DNA from: Balanoglossus misakiensis
Taxonomy: Eukaryota > Animalia > Hemichordata
Direction of reading: 5' to 3'
NCBI GenBank assembly: GCA_040954595.2
Contig: CM082582.2
Coordinates: 3,828,303-3,892,302, forward strand
DNA length: 64,000 bases
The notes beneath the pieces were generated by a model that ran no database searches, had not been told where the DNA came from, and worked only from the letters and a program-made list of their open reading frames with translations. Positions 28,140-42,544 of the stretch are shown here, piece after piece (the stretch's first letter is position 1; each line of letters starts with the position of its first letter). The position numbers and the translations under genes are program-made.

Positions 28140-31100
28140 CTGAAAAGAAAACAAAAAAAGATCTTACAATCATTTTCGCTAGATATTTTTCACCTGCAAT
28201 CATTGCTGATGGATTGTCTCAATGATAGCAGATATGTTGAAATCATTTTTCATCCATTTTCTTAGTTTGATGAGTAGAATAGGTCACCACTATATAGCGT
28301 CCATGATACTATTAAAAATGACAATAAAGGATTTTTATATCTACAGAATAGAAATGTCTATGGAAAAGAAATATGGTGGAAGATATGAAGTATAGTTTAA
28401 CATATATGGCCACATGAGTTTCATTCACTCTATGCCAACAGTTTCACTTGCCAGACCATTGCAAACTCTGTCAAATATCATGGGGCGTGCACAGTTGAGA
28501 CAGTGTTATCTACATGGATGCAAGGGGTCAAAGGTTATGCAGGTCTGCAAGAAGTCCAGTGTGAAGAAGAGTGATTACAACATATGGTCAATTTTTATCA
28601 TCAAAAGTGTAGGGAAAGCAATGTTGTTTACTGTTATTGTTAATACACAACAGAATATTAAAGAAATCATTATAAATATGTTCACTTTCTCGCGTGCTCT
28701 GCCTCTCAACATTAGTTGCGGTATTTCTAGTTAATTAAGCTATGGATTAAGACCAACATATTTTCAGTAATGATACTTCCTACAGGACCTAAAAAGTAAA
28801 AGTCCATTGTAATTGTAATTGCACACTTGAAGTTGAGAGCTACAAGGTCTGGCATGCAACTAGTAAGTGAAGTTTCTGAATATTATCTTTTTTTAATGGA
28901 TTGTATTTTGTTGAAATGTACAGATTGTAGTGGTACAGTCAGAGTGGCCACAACATTGGTTTAGCTCTCACAGCCATAATGGTTGTACAGAGATATGACC
29001 ATATAAAGGGAGTATACAATGTAAGTGTACATGAAGTGTGGCCAAAAAATTGCACACCAATAAGGCCATAGATTGTCAGCATATATTACTTCAGTTTTTG
29101 GTTTAGCTTGGAACAAATATTATCTGTGGGGGATGCCAGTATGTCAAAGTTCAGAGCATTCTATGTCGTATTTTCACACTTCAAAACTTTTGTTTAGTAG
29201 AGAAGGAGAGGGTTTGAATCCAATGCAATTAGTTGGGTGCTACGCATTACCTGTGCAGTCAGTCATTGAACTTGGGACAAATTGGGTTTTGCGAGGACGT
29301 AGTTTGAGATGAAGTAATGTCCAGGTTCTGGACACATGCCAAGCCATCAAAGAGATCACAAAAATGCAAAACCCGCTGCAATTTTCATCACCATGACAAT
29401 AAAATACGATTCATTTAAATAAATTCTGAAATGCCATAAATCGTCTCATCCTTCAGTGTTTATAGCGGATGGAGCTAGTCATGCAGAAAATATACAGATG
29501 ATGCAGGCCTTCTGAAATGACTTTATAAACATTGGTCCAGAAAAATTTCAGATTCCCCCCTCCCCCGCCCATTTACGGTTCTTGAAGCAATGAAGTAGGA
29601 ATGTTGTTATGTTTTTCATAGCACAGGACCAGTCGAGGGATTTCTTTATATACAGAAATGATTCACAGCAAAGGCTTTTTCACAGATATGACTTTGATCC
29701 AGATTTTAAGAGGGGCACATAAGGGCACAGACGACCACCTGACTGACCACATTAAACAAACAGACTTGACTGTTCTGAACATTTTTTTTTTTGCCAGTGC
29801 TCTGTTATTTTAATTTCAATACTCCAGCATCAAAAATATCCAATTAACAGGAAGTTGATGACGGTTTATTTTGTATGTGTGAGCTTTTGGCACACAGAAA
29901 AGATAGTTTCTTAAAATAGCTATCATTTGTACAGTTTCCGGCACGCCACATTATTTGACACAGCCACTAAACCCACACACAAATTGCCAGTGTCTCTACA
30001 CATTTACTCTAAAATTTGCTAAAATGTACAAGAAACAGTGACAGGTCACTTAAAAGTGGCCCAGCAGATACTGAGACACACCCCCTACACAAGAAATGAT
30101 TTCAGGGGATTTGAAGAAAAAAATTGACAACACATATGTAAACAGTGGAACTATTTGGAAAATGTTTGCAATTAAGCAAGAGATGAGGACTCCGGCAACT
30201 ATGATTATCGTATTGATTAATAAACTCAGTGAATATGTTGAAATTTAAGGTTTATACAACAATTCTTCCAAACTTGTCACTGAACACAGAAAAAATATTA
30301 ATTTAATGCGCAAAACTTGTAAAAATGCTTTTGCTGTACATAGGAATCCACACTGATTTTGAAAGACATGAAGATGATGAACTGCCTTGCCTTTTAATTT
30401 ACGGCTGCCATTTGAACTTCCATTGGCTGCAAATAATACATCTGACTGACACATGACTACCATTCTCCCATGATGGCAATTCTTTAGTATTAAACCAAAG
30501 CTTGTCATTTTTTGACTACTTGGGAATAAACTCTCATCAGCAAGCTGTAACATATCAGGTCTCAATTTGTTTTCATGTATATCCTTAAAAATTACAAATG
30601 ACCCATTTCTGATTTATAATCATTTTAATAAAAGCAGAAGTTTTCAAAAAAATCCAATAAACGCTTCTTATAATCGCAAGGTGTATTTTAACTCCTTGGC
30701 AACTAAAACTAACCAAACTTTACCTACTTTACATGAAGACAGAAATTGAGCAAATTAATTTTTTTCTTTCTTTTTTTACCTTTTGCTAGTCAAGATTCAG
30801 ACAATTTCATTCCCACTGTGCCGAGATAAATATATGATATGATATGACATATTCCTGACCTTGTTTTTTCTAGACACGTACAGGAAGTATTTTACAACCA
30901 ATGAGGTCAGTCAGCCGACAAGCCAAACCTAAACCACAAGTCACCTTACGCACACATTCTACGGTTCATATGCTATCAAATTACATCTTGAATTTTTAAA
31001 TTTCTATCACTGCAATAACTGTGACCTGGAAAAATTTCCCACTGAATAAAATGTATGAAGAGTCAGAAATTCCCATTGATCTACGACTGGAATCATAAAA

Positions 31101-34100
31101 TCTGGATAAAGTAGCATTTTGGAGCATAGATGTTGAGCCCTGGGCAAAAGGCATTCAAGACCCTTGGAATAAATGAGCAAGAAAATATTGAAAATTTAAA
31201 TCATGTCGACCGCTAGCAGACAATTTCTGTTGCAGAGCTAATGATCAATATTAAAGCAGAAACAGGTCAGAAGCGACACTGATGACCTCAATGATATCTC
31301 TACACAACACCTTCTCAAAATTCAAATTTTACATTTGGAATTAGAATTTTGATAGTGTGAATGTTCATTTTTTCCAGATACTTTTGCTGGGAACTTCCGT
31401 CAGTATCTCACTCACAACTGACCTTATGTGATTTGGCTTCTAAATTATGGTTGCACTATATAGTCGCAATGCAATTACTTCTGTGGATGACATAAAAATT
31501 GTGGCCATATTTAATTAGAGGAAGCAGCGCCCTGCAGTAAAACTACAGATTTGCCGCTGTCTCTCTGGAACAAACAACAAAACTCAGCGGGACTGACTGA
31601 CATGTCACGTCATTTGGACAGCCAACTTGAAGATTTAAAACAACATGACTTCAGTTCAATGAAACTGTCTACTATGCCAACCAAAAAAGGGGGGAAAACA
31701 TAAGAGGTCATGGACAGTGCTACCAATTCATCAACCTGTACAGTAATTACGCCCAAAGAATTTGCATGCTGAAGAGTCCACAGAAATGCAAAAATACATT
31801 GACAGAGGACAAACAAAAATCTTGTAGTGTCTACTCTCAAATTACTAGATATGGCAGTGGTTGCAATGGTTACCATTGTCTATACAAGTTTTGGATGCAA
31901 CACTAAACTTGACATCAAATTCACTTCTTTCCTAGATGACAGTCAGGAATAGTTTGCCCTTTTCGTGGCACTAAAACACTCAAAATGAAAGATAATAGTT
32001 TTGGAGGCAGCAATCTGGTCTTGTTTGGTTATCATGATGGCATTACAGTTCCATGCTGTGCTGCGGTGTTGTGTAGTGTTCCCTCTTGGCATATATACCA
32101 CAAATGTTACTTGCACAACAAATACTCCAAGTAATGTCCTCGCTGCAGATCCCCTTGCAAAATCACAGCCATGACAAATGAATGCAGCTCTGAGAGAACT
32201 TTTCTGCCAATTTTTTAAAAACTGGAAGAGTTATGCCGTTCATTAAATATGTAAATCTGCAGTTTATTGATCAAAACTTGAAAAGTATCTATAAATACAG
32301 CATAATTCGTTTGAAAACGATATTTCTGGTGAGTGTCGTTAAAAATAAAGTGCAGGAACTCTGGATTTATAATGCTTTGTGCCAAGTTGGAGTTAATGGT
32401 TCCCCTCCAGATGGAAAAAATACAACATGACCATTTGTGACATCTATGGGCCATATCACATCATACTGCAAAACAAACTGACATTGCACATGTACCAAGT
32501 CTGAATGATATTGGTTGTAGAATGTCCGAGTAATGGGTCTAGTTGGACACACACCTGGCTGAATGGAACTCAGTTCATAAAGTCCTTTATCCGGGGAGAC
32601 TAACAAAATTAGGGAATGTGGCTGCGTCTTTAGGAATGGCATGGTATGGGTCTGTATCTTATTCTAATGCAATGGAAATCATGAAAACTTTTTTATTTTG
32701 ATTGATTTTGGAAATCGCCCTTAGCAACCGTTGCTAAGCAATTTGAATCTTTTGGTATCACCGTAAAAAGGACTCAGTGCAGGAATGTCTGAGTAACTGC
32801 TCTGAACGGACAGGCAGATGGATGGACAGACTGAATTCTAACTTCTAAGGTCTGCAGACATACATTTCATCACTCAAGATGCAGTCAAATAGACAGGGTC
32901 ATGGTTGGTTCTTTTTATGAGATCGACTTTCACAGGTGAAATAATTACATGAACCATGCACATTTTTTAACCTCATGGATGACTGCTCAACACTGCCATT
33001 TTTAATCTATTCGTACTAATAAACACATGTGCATGATAAGGAAATGACAACAGCCTTGACCATTCGATTGGGTCAAGTAAGAATAACTTTCTAAACTATC
33101 ACTGGAAATCAGCATCCTGTCCATTTAAATGTGAGTATCATCTGTATGCCTTTTTCTCATATAGATCATTCACAAAACGTATTTGGATAAAACAATAGCA
33201 AATCGCTTTAGGCCAGATACCAATGTCAACATTTCCAATTAATCAGTAAATAAAACAGACACATGGTAAAAGTTGTACCCATAAGGATAGCTGTTGGTTG
33301 TTTTCACTGTCATTTGTGTTGTGTCAGTGTTAAACTTGGAAATGATGCTCATTAAAAGCTGATTATAAAATCTGACACAAACAAGTGCTAAAAAAAATTT
33401 AAAGTAAAAAAAAATGTCACCATAATCAGAATTATTCCCTAAGTTGACCAGTCATTTATTCATTTTTTTATTCATACAAAATAGAATGGGTCAATACAAA
33501 TTAGTGAACAGGATATGTGGCGAAAAGGGACAGAGGACGTACACATTTGGAGATTAGGGATGAAAAACTTATTAAATTAAAGTCAAACAAAGCACAAGAC
33601 AATATTGTTACCTTAAATATAGAAGTATGCTGTTTAATATCAATGTGTGTGAGACAGGAAAAGAATAATGACAGTTCATGAAAGAAGTTGAAAAGCAACA
33701 CATCCACTTTTCTGGATCTAAAATCGACCAATCTGGTCCTACTATCATTCCAGCACACCTGGAATGCAAGGAGGGTTGGTTAAATCACAAAATGCACTTG
33801 ATACTTCTTTTTTGACGCCAAATGCTCTCGTTTACTTACATTTATTGGCAAAGTGCCTCTTCTTTCCCTAATATTGGAACATTTTCTGCAAAAATGTCCA
33901 ATGACAGAGTTGTCTCTAGGTTGCAAAAGTCTAAAAATACAAATATATAAAACACCATATCAAACAGTACCATCACAACATGGGAATTTAATTAATGAAA
34001 TCTATCATCGAATTGAAAAAAACAACAACATAAGGATCAAGACTGAATATCAGCATTTTGAAATAGCAGTGATATTACCACTGAAGTAGCAGTGACTGTA

Positions 34101-36318
34101 TTATCAATATTCAAATGAATATAAAAAGTGCACAGTTATCACAAAAATAAATAAATGACATGATATTCTGTTAGGTTTGGAAAGAGGAATGTACTGAACA
34201 CTAAGAACCAAGAGACACCACTCATGTGATTAAAACTACAATGTTAAGGAGAAACAAGAGGGTGGCAGAGAGACCTTGCCTGTTACTGACAGTTTAGTGC
34301 TTAGAGGTGAACATGGAGGAAATACTGACACAATAGTCAAGAGATATGGTGCAGCAGAATGCGAAGTCATCTACAAACAGAAAAACAGTCACTAAACATC
34401 CACATTGTATGATCTCTACAACAGGGAAGGTAAATCAAATTTGTCAGTTACAAAGACATACATGTACTAAATATGATAGTTGAGTTGAGAGACAGAAAAA
34501 AAGAGGAAAATTTAGGGAAGAATCCTGGGGTCAGAGAGGCAATGCTGAAATCTGACACGTAATCAATATGAAAGATTGGAGATAAAGCCTGAATGGATCT
34601 CAGTCTAGCTAGCCAATGCAAATGAATAAATATGGCGTGTGCAAACTAAACAACATCAATTAAAACCGTCGCATTTATGAAAGAACATACCATGTCAGAA
34701 ATGTCGTGCTTTCTGACTGCATTTGTTTGAAATTGTTATAGTCAATATAAATGTACAACTGTTTACAATGTACCTGCTAAATATTAATTTATCGGTCATA
34801 TTCTCAATATTTTAGATTACCCAGTCTAGCTGCCTGTACTATTGTTTAGCCTCTCTGGCTAAAACTCTGATAAAAAAATCAAATATTCAATCACCCAATG
34901 TTAAAGAAACATCTGTATAAATGACACGTATAATATTGCATCTCACAGAAAGACTATTATTGTCTGCTGGCGAAATTAACAAAGAAATTAATTTCAGAGC
35001 ATTTGCATAGCTGGCTGGTATGTTAATTGCATCAGTACACACACAACACATTGCTGAAGGAGTGGTCTCTTTCTGATGGTATCAAATATTTGTTAAACAG
35101 CTTGCATTGAATCTTTTATCATATATTGTAATATTCACGTGACATGCATGACAATGTGCTGGTGAAAATATATATATGCAAATGAACTTTCTGTGGCTCC
35201 TATAAGCATGTACACACATTATACATTGGGATTTTTTCTGATTTTCACTGGGAATGGTATGCCATTTCTGGCCTAACAGCAGGATTGCTTTTCAATGCGA
35301 GGCCATGTTTGTGTTAATTTCCAGCCACTGAAATTGATACTCAAGTGTGGGTACTTGTTACATTTCACAAATGCTGGAATGTACTAAGAGCATCGTATTG
35401 ACCCCAGTTTCGAGGTCATCTATCCCAGTTGATTTGCATACCATATGTGCTGTCTACATCCTCCATGCATAACTTTGATATAAACACTTTCAAATAAGTA
35501 ACTTTACAGTTGTTTAGACTGGTGGATATTCTCAAGTGCGCTGGTTTTAGCAATGTAAACAGTGTTAGTGCAGTTTTAATCTAACGCATCTCTCTGTTTC
35601 AGCAGATACATCTACAGCTGGAAAAAGTGATTTGTGAAAAGTCACATGAGGACATCAGCTTTCAATTAATGTTATTCAGGTGCCAATAGTTGTTATGTAA
35701 GCGACTCTGCAAACATTTAATGCTGTGAGTCATCCTTTCAAAGAAGGCATGTGTGTGGTTTGGATCCCAGCCAATCCAGTGTCACTAGATCACTGCAGGT
35801 CAACTGACCACACAGGCATTGTTCTCTATGTAAAACAGCCATCCTTGTTTAGAAACAGTTAAATTATCTCCATTCACGCCATGCACTTACTGTATTCAGC
35901 TAAATGCAAATTTCAATTAGCACCTAGATGTCTTATCAATCCTATTGTTTTTTGCAAACAAGGGATATGCATATCAATGAGACAAACGGCTGTCTGCTAA
36001 ATGCAAACAACCGGCGTCGATCCTTTGTATCAACAAAGGTTACATAACACATCCACAACCAATTGAACCCTGGAAAACAAGACCGCTATAAAATTCTCGC
36101 TACTGAAACACGTCGCTACTAGCTACTGGCGGAGAAGGAATTCCATATCTCTGAGTTCGATGGAAGCTTTTGAAATAAAAACAGGTGAACCTTCACCAAA
36201 CCACATTGCACTCACAGCATTAAAACATGCACAGGTTTGGGAAAGGTGCTAATATTTCAAAGCTCATTTATGCATATTATTTGGACGGTGGCAATGACTG
36301 AATATTGTAAACACTCAC
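28140..36318 (-). other. THTPA: THTPA intron (8179 nt, GT-AG, phase 1)
   Basis: Donor TTG G|GTGAGT (36318-36313) and a polypyrimidine-CAG acceptor ending at 28140; joining restores a continuous 227-aa reading frame. Confidence 0.88.
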
Positions 36319-36892
36319 CCAACTGCTCTGCAAGGTTGTCGACTTTCTGCAAGGCCTCGGCAACGTTGCCATCTTTATCAACAATCAGTTCAATCTCCCC
36401 TACCCGGTAGCCGAAGTCGGTCTCGTCTAGATCTATTCGGAACCCCCCGTCCAAACTGTACGATCGCCTATCTGTTTTGAAGGTAGCAAATGCTTTTAGA
36501 TCATGCTTCTTCACGAATTCTGCCATACGATCAGGGTTTTCGCCATCGCAATCACTTGTTGTAGTCGCATCGGTTTTCAAAATGGCAGACAGCTTCTGCA
36601 AGATCTCGTCGGTAGCACTAGTTTCGGCGTACTGTGCAGTCTTGCTGTCGGTATTACGCTGTTCTGGGGGCGATTTTAACTCCCACTGACCTTCTCTCTG
36701 TCGTAACCAGTGATCTGTCAGAGTCAGTTCATAGGTGTCGGTATCGTAGTACGAGTCGTTGAACGACTTCTGCTGCAAACACAAGGCCCCATGTTCTTGT
36801 AGTTTCCTCTCACTGTCCTCTGTCACACCGAATTTTCTCTCAACTTCGATCACACTTGCCGATTTCGATTCAATTTCACCTGCCTCGGACAT
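36319..36892 (-). CDS. THTPA: Thiamine triphosphatase (CYTH/TTM family), coding exon 1
   Basis: IEVERKF (CYTH ExExK motif), DSYYDT, DHWLRQR, WELK, DLDETDFGYRVGEIE. 574 nt = 191 codons + 1 nt, ending at a consensus GTGAGT donor. The last ~19 residues of the ORF-track protein are intronic. Confidence 0.95.
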
Positions 36893-38700
36893 TATGGAAT
36901 CTCGGACGGTTGCTCAAATGCTATTTTGACGACTTAAAATTGTAATATTCGAGTGTAAATCGAGTAATACTTTGCTATATTTACATGTCTTAATTGGGGC
37001 CAAGCATAGACAAGCGATTCCGTGTAACCCGCCATAATTACGTCACTTCCTCTGCCCTTGACCTGTCAGCGTGTTGATTTGCATTTCGCTAATTACTGCG
37101 ACTGGGAAAGATTTCCAAGCTTCGCGTTCAGCGAGTTCCTTTGGTTGATTTGGTTCGGTGAGTGAGATACCGATAAGTTCATACCGACGCAGTCAGGCAC
37201 TGGTTAGTGATAGGTAAGCGTGGTTTCCTCACGTACTGGTATGCCGACTTTTCAGGTCATCTGAGTCACGTGACTTGTAAATCGTCTGGGAGACAGATTC
37301 CCGCGGATTTTACAAAATCATAGGTACAAATCACTGCCGGCTATCAAAATAGTGGCGGCAGGCCAATGGAAAACAAGTGTTCAAAGTGTTTTAGGGGACT
37401 TGAATTAGTTATACCATACTTTAACAAGACGGAAATGGGTGGGAAAATCAGGCGCGAGACAGGCTATATGCAAATAAGGTCTGAAAGCAGTCACGTGGCC
37501 AATTTGATTTGACGCGGTTTTTCTGGCGTAAAGTTAGCGAATCTTCCATAAAAAGTTGTGCGTACTCAAAAAGAGTGTTTAAGAAAGTATTTTAAGTGAG
37601 ATTTTGAGTATTCTATTGTAGAATTTCACAGCGCCAACGACATATCTAAGGGTGGGAATTTATGTTAATGAGATGTAAATTGTCTTTCGCTTATTACGCA
37701 TGCCCATTGATGCCTTCCAGCCATTTTGGAATAATTAGCAAAATAATAATATCGAATTTTCATTTGGTTATTTTTAGCTCTTTATTTTTCACCTAGCATT
37801 TGTTGTTGGAGTCGGCGATTTCCCAGTTCTTATATTCCATGTGACCTCCGGTTCGTCAAGCGGCGGAAAGTTCTCCGAATCACGGTGTGCGGAGCTCCAA
37901 AACAGTGAGTTTTCTTAGTGTAGTTCGTGTCGAATCTTGATGGGTAGTTTTTAATTGCGACGTGTTGTGGCCCGCCGTTAATTACGAGCGTCTCTATAAT
38001 CATAATTAGTCGTCGGTTTTCATTGTCTGCGCCCCGTTTTCGGCGTTGCAGACATCGAAATTCGACGACTTGTTCTTTCGACAAAGTTTCTGTGTTTTTC
38101 TTGGATTGTATTTCTCCGAGTAACATGTGTAAAATGTGACCCGAGCTGTCTCGTCCTCTTGACATAAATGTTTCACCTGAAACCCGTGTCAGTGGCGTTT
38201 CCGAACCGCTGCTGCCAGTGTCTGGCCCTGCTGTTCCTGCGAGCTTTTGTGTTCGTGAAATTTTAATGTCTGTGAGCGTTGTTGAATATTGTGCCGTGGT
38301 TGTGACTATGTTTCCCCGTGCGTTTGTAGCGTTACATCGAGGGGGTTTAAGTTCGGGATTTATTTTTGTCTGTTTTGATTGAGATGTTTTTTTGTGAAGT
38401 GCAAAGAGGCTTTGATATTCTTTTCGGTGTGGTGTGGTGTCGCCGAGATGTTAGCGCCCCACTCAACCGCAAGAATGTCTCGACTCCCGTCAATCGGCGA
38501 ATTTGCATCGGCGTCATTGTTTCGAAATTGCCGATAGTTTGACAAGATTTCTTGAAGAAATTGACATCGCGCCTCGAAATAGTCACTTCCGTATATCGTC
38601 TTACGCGAAAGGGTTGACGGATTACAATTCGCCCGTTTTTGTGGACACGTTTGTATGTTTTCGAGGACAAGTGATTAAACCTGGGTGCATCAATCATCAT
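36893..38700. promoter_or_regulatory. CpG-rich putative bidirectional promoter / 5' non-coding region shared by THTPA (-) and ZFHX (+)
   Basis: CpG density visibly above background. YY1-like CCGCCAT (37029), overlapping CRE/ETS TTACGTCACTTCCT (37038-37051), octamers (37077, 37468), palindromic E-box AGTCACGTGACT (37264-37275), GTCACGTGGCCAAT (37490), and + strand donor-like sites CG|GTGAGT (37158) and TAG|GTAAGC (37214). Confidence 0.65.
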
Positions 38701-41700
38701 GAAATTTTTTACGCCTTAAATTTTTAATCAGTTTAATGCATTCTCTTTGCATATTGTAGAAATAAAACGCGTGTTAATTTCAAAAAATTATTCAAGCGGA
38801 ATTTTTACTCCTGATTTTATACCATGTAGTTTTCTCCAGTGATACCACCTTGGGAACACTATAAATCACAGCATGGGGAATGACCTTGTGTTTTTGTGAA
38901 ATGATATAGCTTCTGAGGTAGCGCTGTGAGAAGAGGCGTTAGATGCAACGCTCAATAATTAATTTTTGGTCTCTCCATTTTGATTGACCTCCCTCATTAT
39001 ATTCAGCTGCATTTTATATCTGTTTCATTACGCTTGCTGGCTACACCTTTATGCCTCGGTTTTTACATAATACCTCCGGGACTGACGATACTGAAATATT
39101 GATGGGCATATTATTTCCATGAACATGCGTGCCCTGCCAACCCTACCACAGGCATCTGAGCCAAGAAATACTTGAAGTTGCAGTGAGACCAACTGTTAGC
39201 TACTAGTACTGCAAGGTAGAGACAGAACAGTGATAAACATATTGTTTTTTGCTGTGAGTTGTGTTCCTAACTACATTTGAGATCAATGTAACACATGAGT
39301 GATCTGACTCGATCAGACTAACTTGTAGCTCAGTAGTGACTTACAGTGATTGCACATCATAAAATGTGAGTGGCTTCTGATGGGGTTGGATTGGCCATAT
39401 AGTGGGCATTATCTCTGCATCAGACATTGTGCCATGCCTGAAACAGCCCAACGGACAAAATTTGTGTGAACTACTCTGCTCCGAGATGATTTGGCGGTGT
39501 ACCTATGGTACTTGACTCCGGTGTTTGGAATCCATCAATGAGGAACACACACCAGACAGCTATCTCATCAGTTTCCAACAGTAGGTTTTGTTTGATATGC
39601 CCTGCTATGACTACGACGCCAGAAAAGTTTAACCCCTTCAGAAGAAACAGGTTTACACTTCCTTTCACTATTTTACAAATGGTGCAGTACACTGTTAAAC
39701 AATATGTTACTACATGTGGTCAGTGTACTTGAACAATGATCACACTTCTGTGCAAGTTTTATTGCAGATACCTTAAAATGCAAATTTTGTGTACACAGTG
39801 GTACATTTTTCCTGTACAAATTAAAACCTAGTGATAAGGAAAGTATGGAACTAGATAATACATCATTGAAAAAAATGCTTGATTTAGTCATATTTTTCAT
39901 TTAGATATATGATTAGTGAAGGAAATGTGTTACATATTTTTGTAATTGATACCTTAAATCTTTATGGCCAAATATGTAATTCTGATTCCATTTGGAAAAA
40001 AAATTCCCATTCCCTCCTGCTCTCTATCATCGAAGGTGTCGCTGTTGATGCCACCCAGTGAAATATAAAACACATTCCATGCAGTGATACTATCACAATT
40101 TTAAATTGAAACTCAGTGGCAGGCAAGTTTCATCTCAATTTTTGACCCCAGCAATATATCATATTTTATTGCTATGAGTGCAATATTTGCTGATTGCTTT
40201 GTTACATCAGGGTAATACTGATGGACATTTTTTCATGAGAAGCTGTCATTTATACTTGACTGACTTGTTTGATGAACCATGAGCAAGGGTGACCTTATCA
40301 TATGATATCCCACTAAAGCTACCAGCAGTGCTGTATGAAGGCTGCACTCTTGTGTATACTCCGATCAGTTCTCATGCATGGCTGAATTCAACGTCTATTT
40401 GCCTGGCACACATAAGTGCATTGATTTCCGACTTGGATCTTATGTAATGGACAAGTTTTTTGCTCTGCAATATAGTGAAAAAAGTGCAAATTTTGTAGCT
40501 GGAGCGCAGTTATGTAACAGCAGTACAGTTATATTAATGTTAGAAGTAACACAGATAGCAAACCTGAGCAGGATATGGAATTGATATTCAAATAGGAGTA
40601 AGATAGCAGTGATTTTGGAGCCTGTAAAAAAACTTAATTCCTGTGAATCCATGGCCTCATAGATACTGTATGGATGTTTTGTAAACAAGTTTGAAGGAAA
40701 AAATGGACCGAAAATGGTTTAGTGACTTGGAAGAAACCTGAGATGACATGGACTATGCCATTTCCACTGGAGACAGTGGTGTGATTTTTATTATGATTAT
40801 GTCTCGGGCACAGCGGTTAATTAAAGAAAGAATACTTGAGGTCAGTTGCCAACCAGATCTGGTAATTGAAGAACCATATGTGCTAGGGCCACTGGCCAGT
40901 GTCAGGAAGAATATGTATACAAATCTTAAAAACATTAAACAATAGTGCAACTCTAAAGGAATTCTTGTTAACTGCATTCCGTGCTATTCAGGCAGGTAGA
41001 GCCCGCTTTAGGCAGTCGCATACAACTTCTTTAAGTAATTCCCTGAAGCTATTCAGTTTAGTAAATCCGAAAGCAGACCTGTAAAACGTTTAAAAGGAGG
41101 GGATGGGAAAAGGCAAGTTGTAAATCAATGAATAAAGGAACAACGGGAGGATACAGGCCATGCAAACTCAAGTGTTTATGTGAAAGCAAATATGTACCAA
41201 GTCATGCCACTTTTTTTATTCTATTTGATTTTCTTTGGCTGTGTTTGCTTTTAATTTGTCAAACACTGCCAAGAATTAAGCTTTATCAAGAAGGATTAAT
41301 GAGTAAACATCTCGAGATGATGCAATGCACAGGTGTGAATGCAGAGTCTGGCTTTTGGAAATTAAAACTGGGGTTGGTTGACATTAGAGAATGTCAGATG
41401 ACAAGACATTTTCCACCCAACCGATCAACTTTCTCAATTTAGTCCAATGAACTTGTGTATCACCAATGACCTGTAACATAATACTAACTTTTTTTGTGGT
41501 TACTTTAGAGTATTTAAATTTGATACTCAAAGTTTCTCTGTTATATATCTGATGACCTATCATTTCTTGTACTGGGTGTCCAATATGAGAAGTGCTGCGG
41601 TCATTGCGAAGATTAATTTTAAACAGTTATATTAATTAGTATGTAAAAGTTTTTAAGACATACAGCTTGAGAAAATTTTATAATGTGATAGCAGATCGGG

Positions 41701-42494
41701 AACTTGGCTTTTGTTTCATCATAGACACTGCTTTGTTGACTTCTTTTTGGTCCAGACTAGGTTTAGCTGGCATATCATTACACAATACCCAGCACCAGAC
41801 ATTGATTTGTAAGCCCAAGATTAACAGGTACATACTTGGCCTGTCTTCTGTTTCCCCCACTGTGTCTTATACCTAACAATGGGGCTAGACAGCGAGATAT
41901 TCAAATGGTGGCCATGTTTAGTCTGGAAAGCAGGCCTAGCCTGATAAAGTATGCTTGATTAAATCCTTAATTACAATTTCTAATTAACAGAATTAAAACC
42001 TATTGTTAGCCAGAGAGTCTTTGCAGGGAGAACATTAGCATATTGATCAGACAGGTTGAAAAGTCTGCCGTAACTGTCTGTGATGACTCCTGGCAGTTAA
42101 TTTTGTGCAGTGCAGTTTTTTAGCAATTAAAGACAAGGTCATAGGAATGTGGCGTTTTTTTTCTTATCTATGGTAGTAAACTCTGTGGTATCTCCAGCCC
42201 ATTGTGCAAAGCATACACAGCGCTTTTTAATCAACAACAAATGGCACAAAATGTTCCACCACTAAAAAAAAAGAAACAAAGACAGGTTGGGCCGATCCTT
42301 GAACCAAGCAACAATTGTCAGTAAAACCCATGGTTGCAAGCTTTGTTTTATGAAAAGAATTAGTAGTGCCCCTTAGTCTTTATAGCAGCTACCTAGGGCA
42401 ACAGATTGTGCCTGCATGTATAAACAGCGCTGCTTGTGTGAGCGCCACAAATTGTGCAACTTTGCCAATCACATGATCATACACTGAATAGACA

Positions 42495-42544
42495 GCCAGA
42501 GTTTGGATTATGTTAAAACACGCCAAAGTTTGGATTATGTTAAA
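42495..42544. repeat. Local tandem duplication, 27-bp period
   Basis: GCCA(G/A)AGTTTGGATTATGTTAAA at 42495 and 42522. Confidence 0.85.

Noticed and set aside
32390-32860. Possible Helentron/HINE-like repeat fragments (GGAC/GGAT runs, short terminal hairpin)
   Set aside because: Too degenerate to delimit or classify from this window alone.
36257-36318. C-terminal ECLQYSVIATVQIICINEL of the 211-aa ORF-track protein
   Set aside because: Read-through into the intron after the G|GTGAGT donor; the true C-terminus is in exon 28139-28030.
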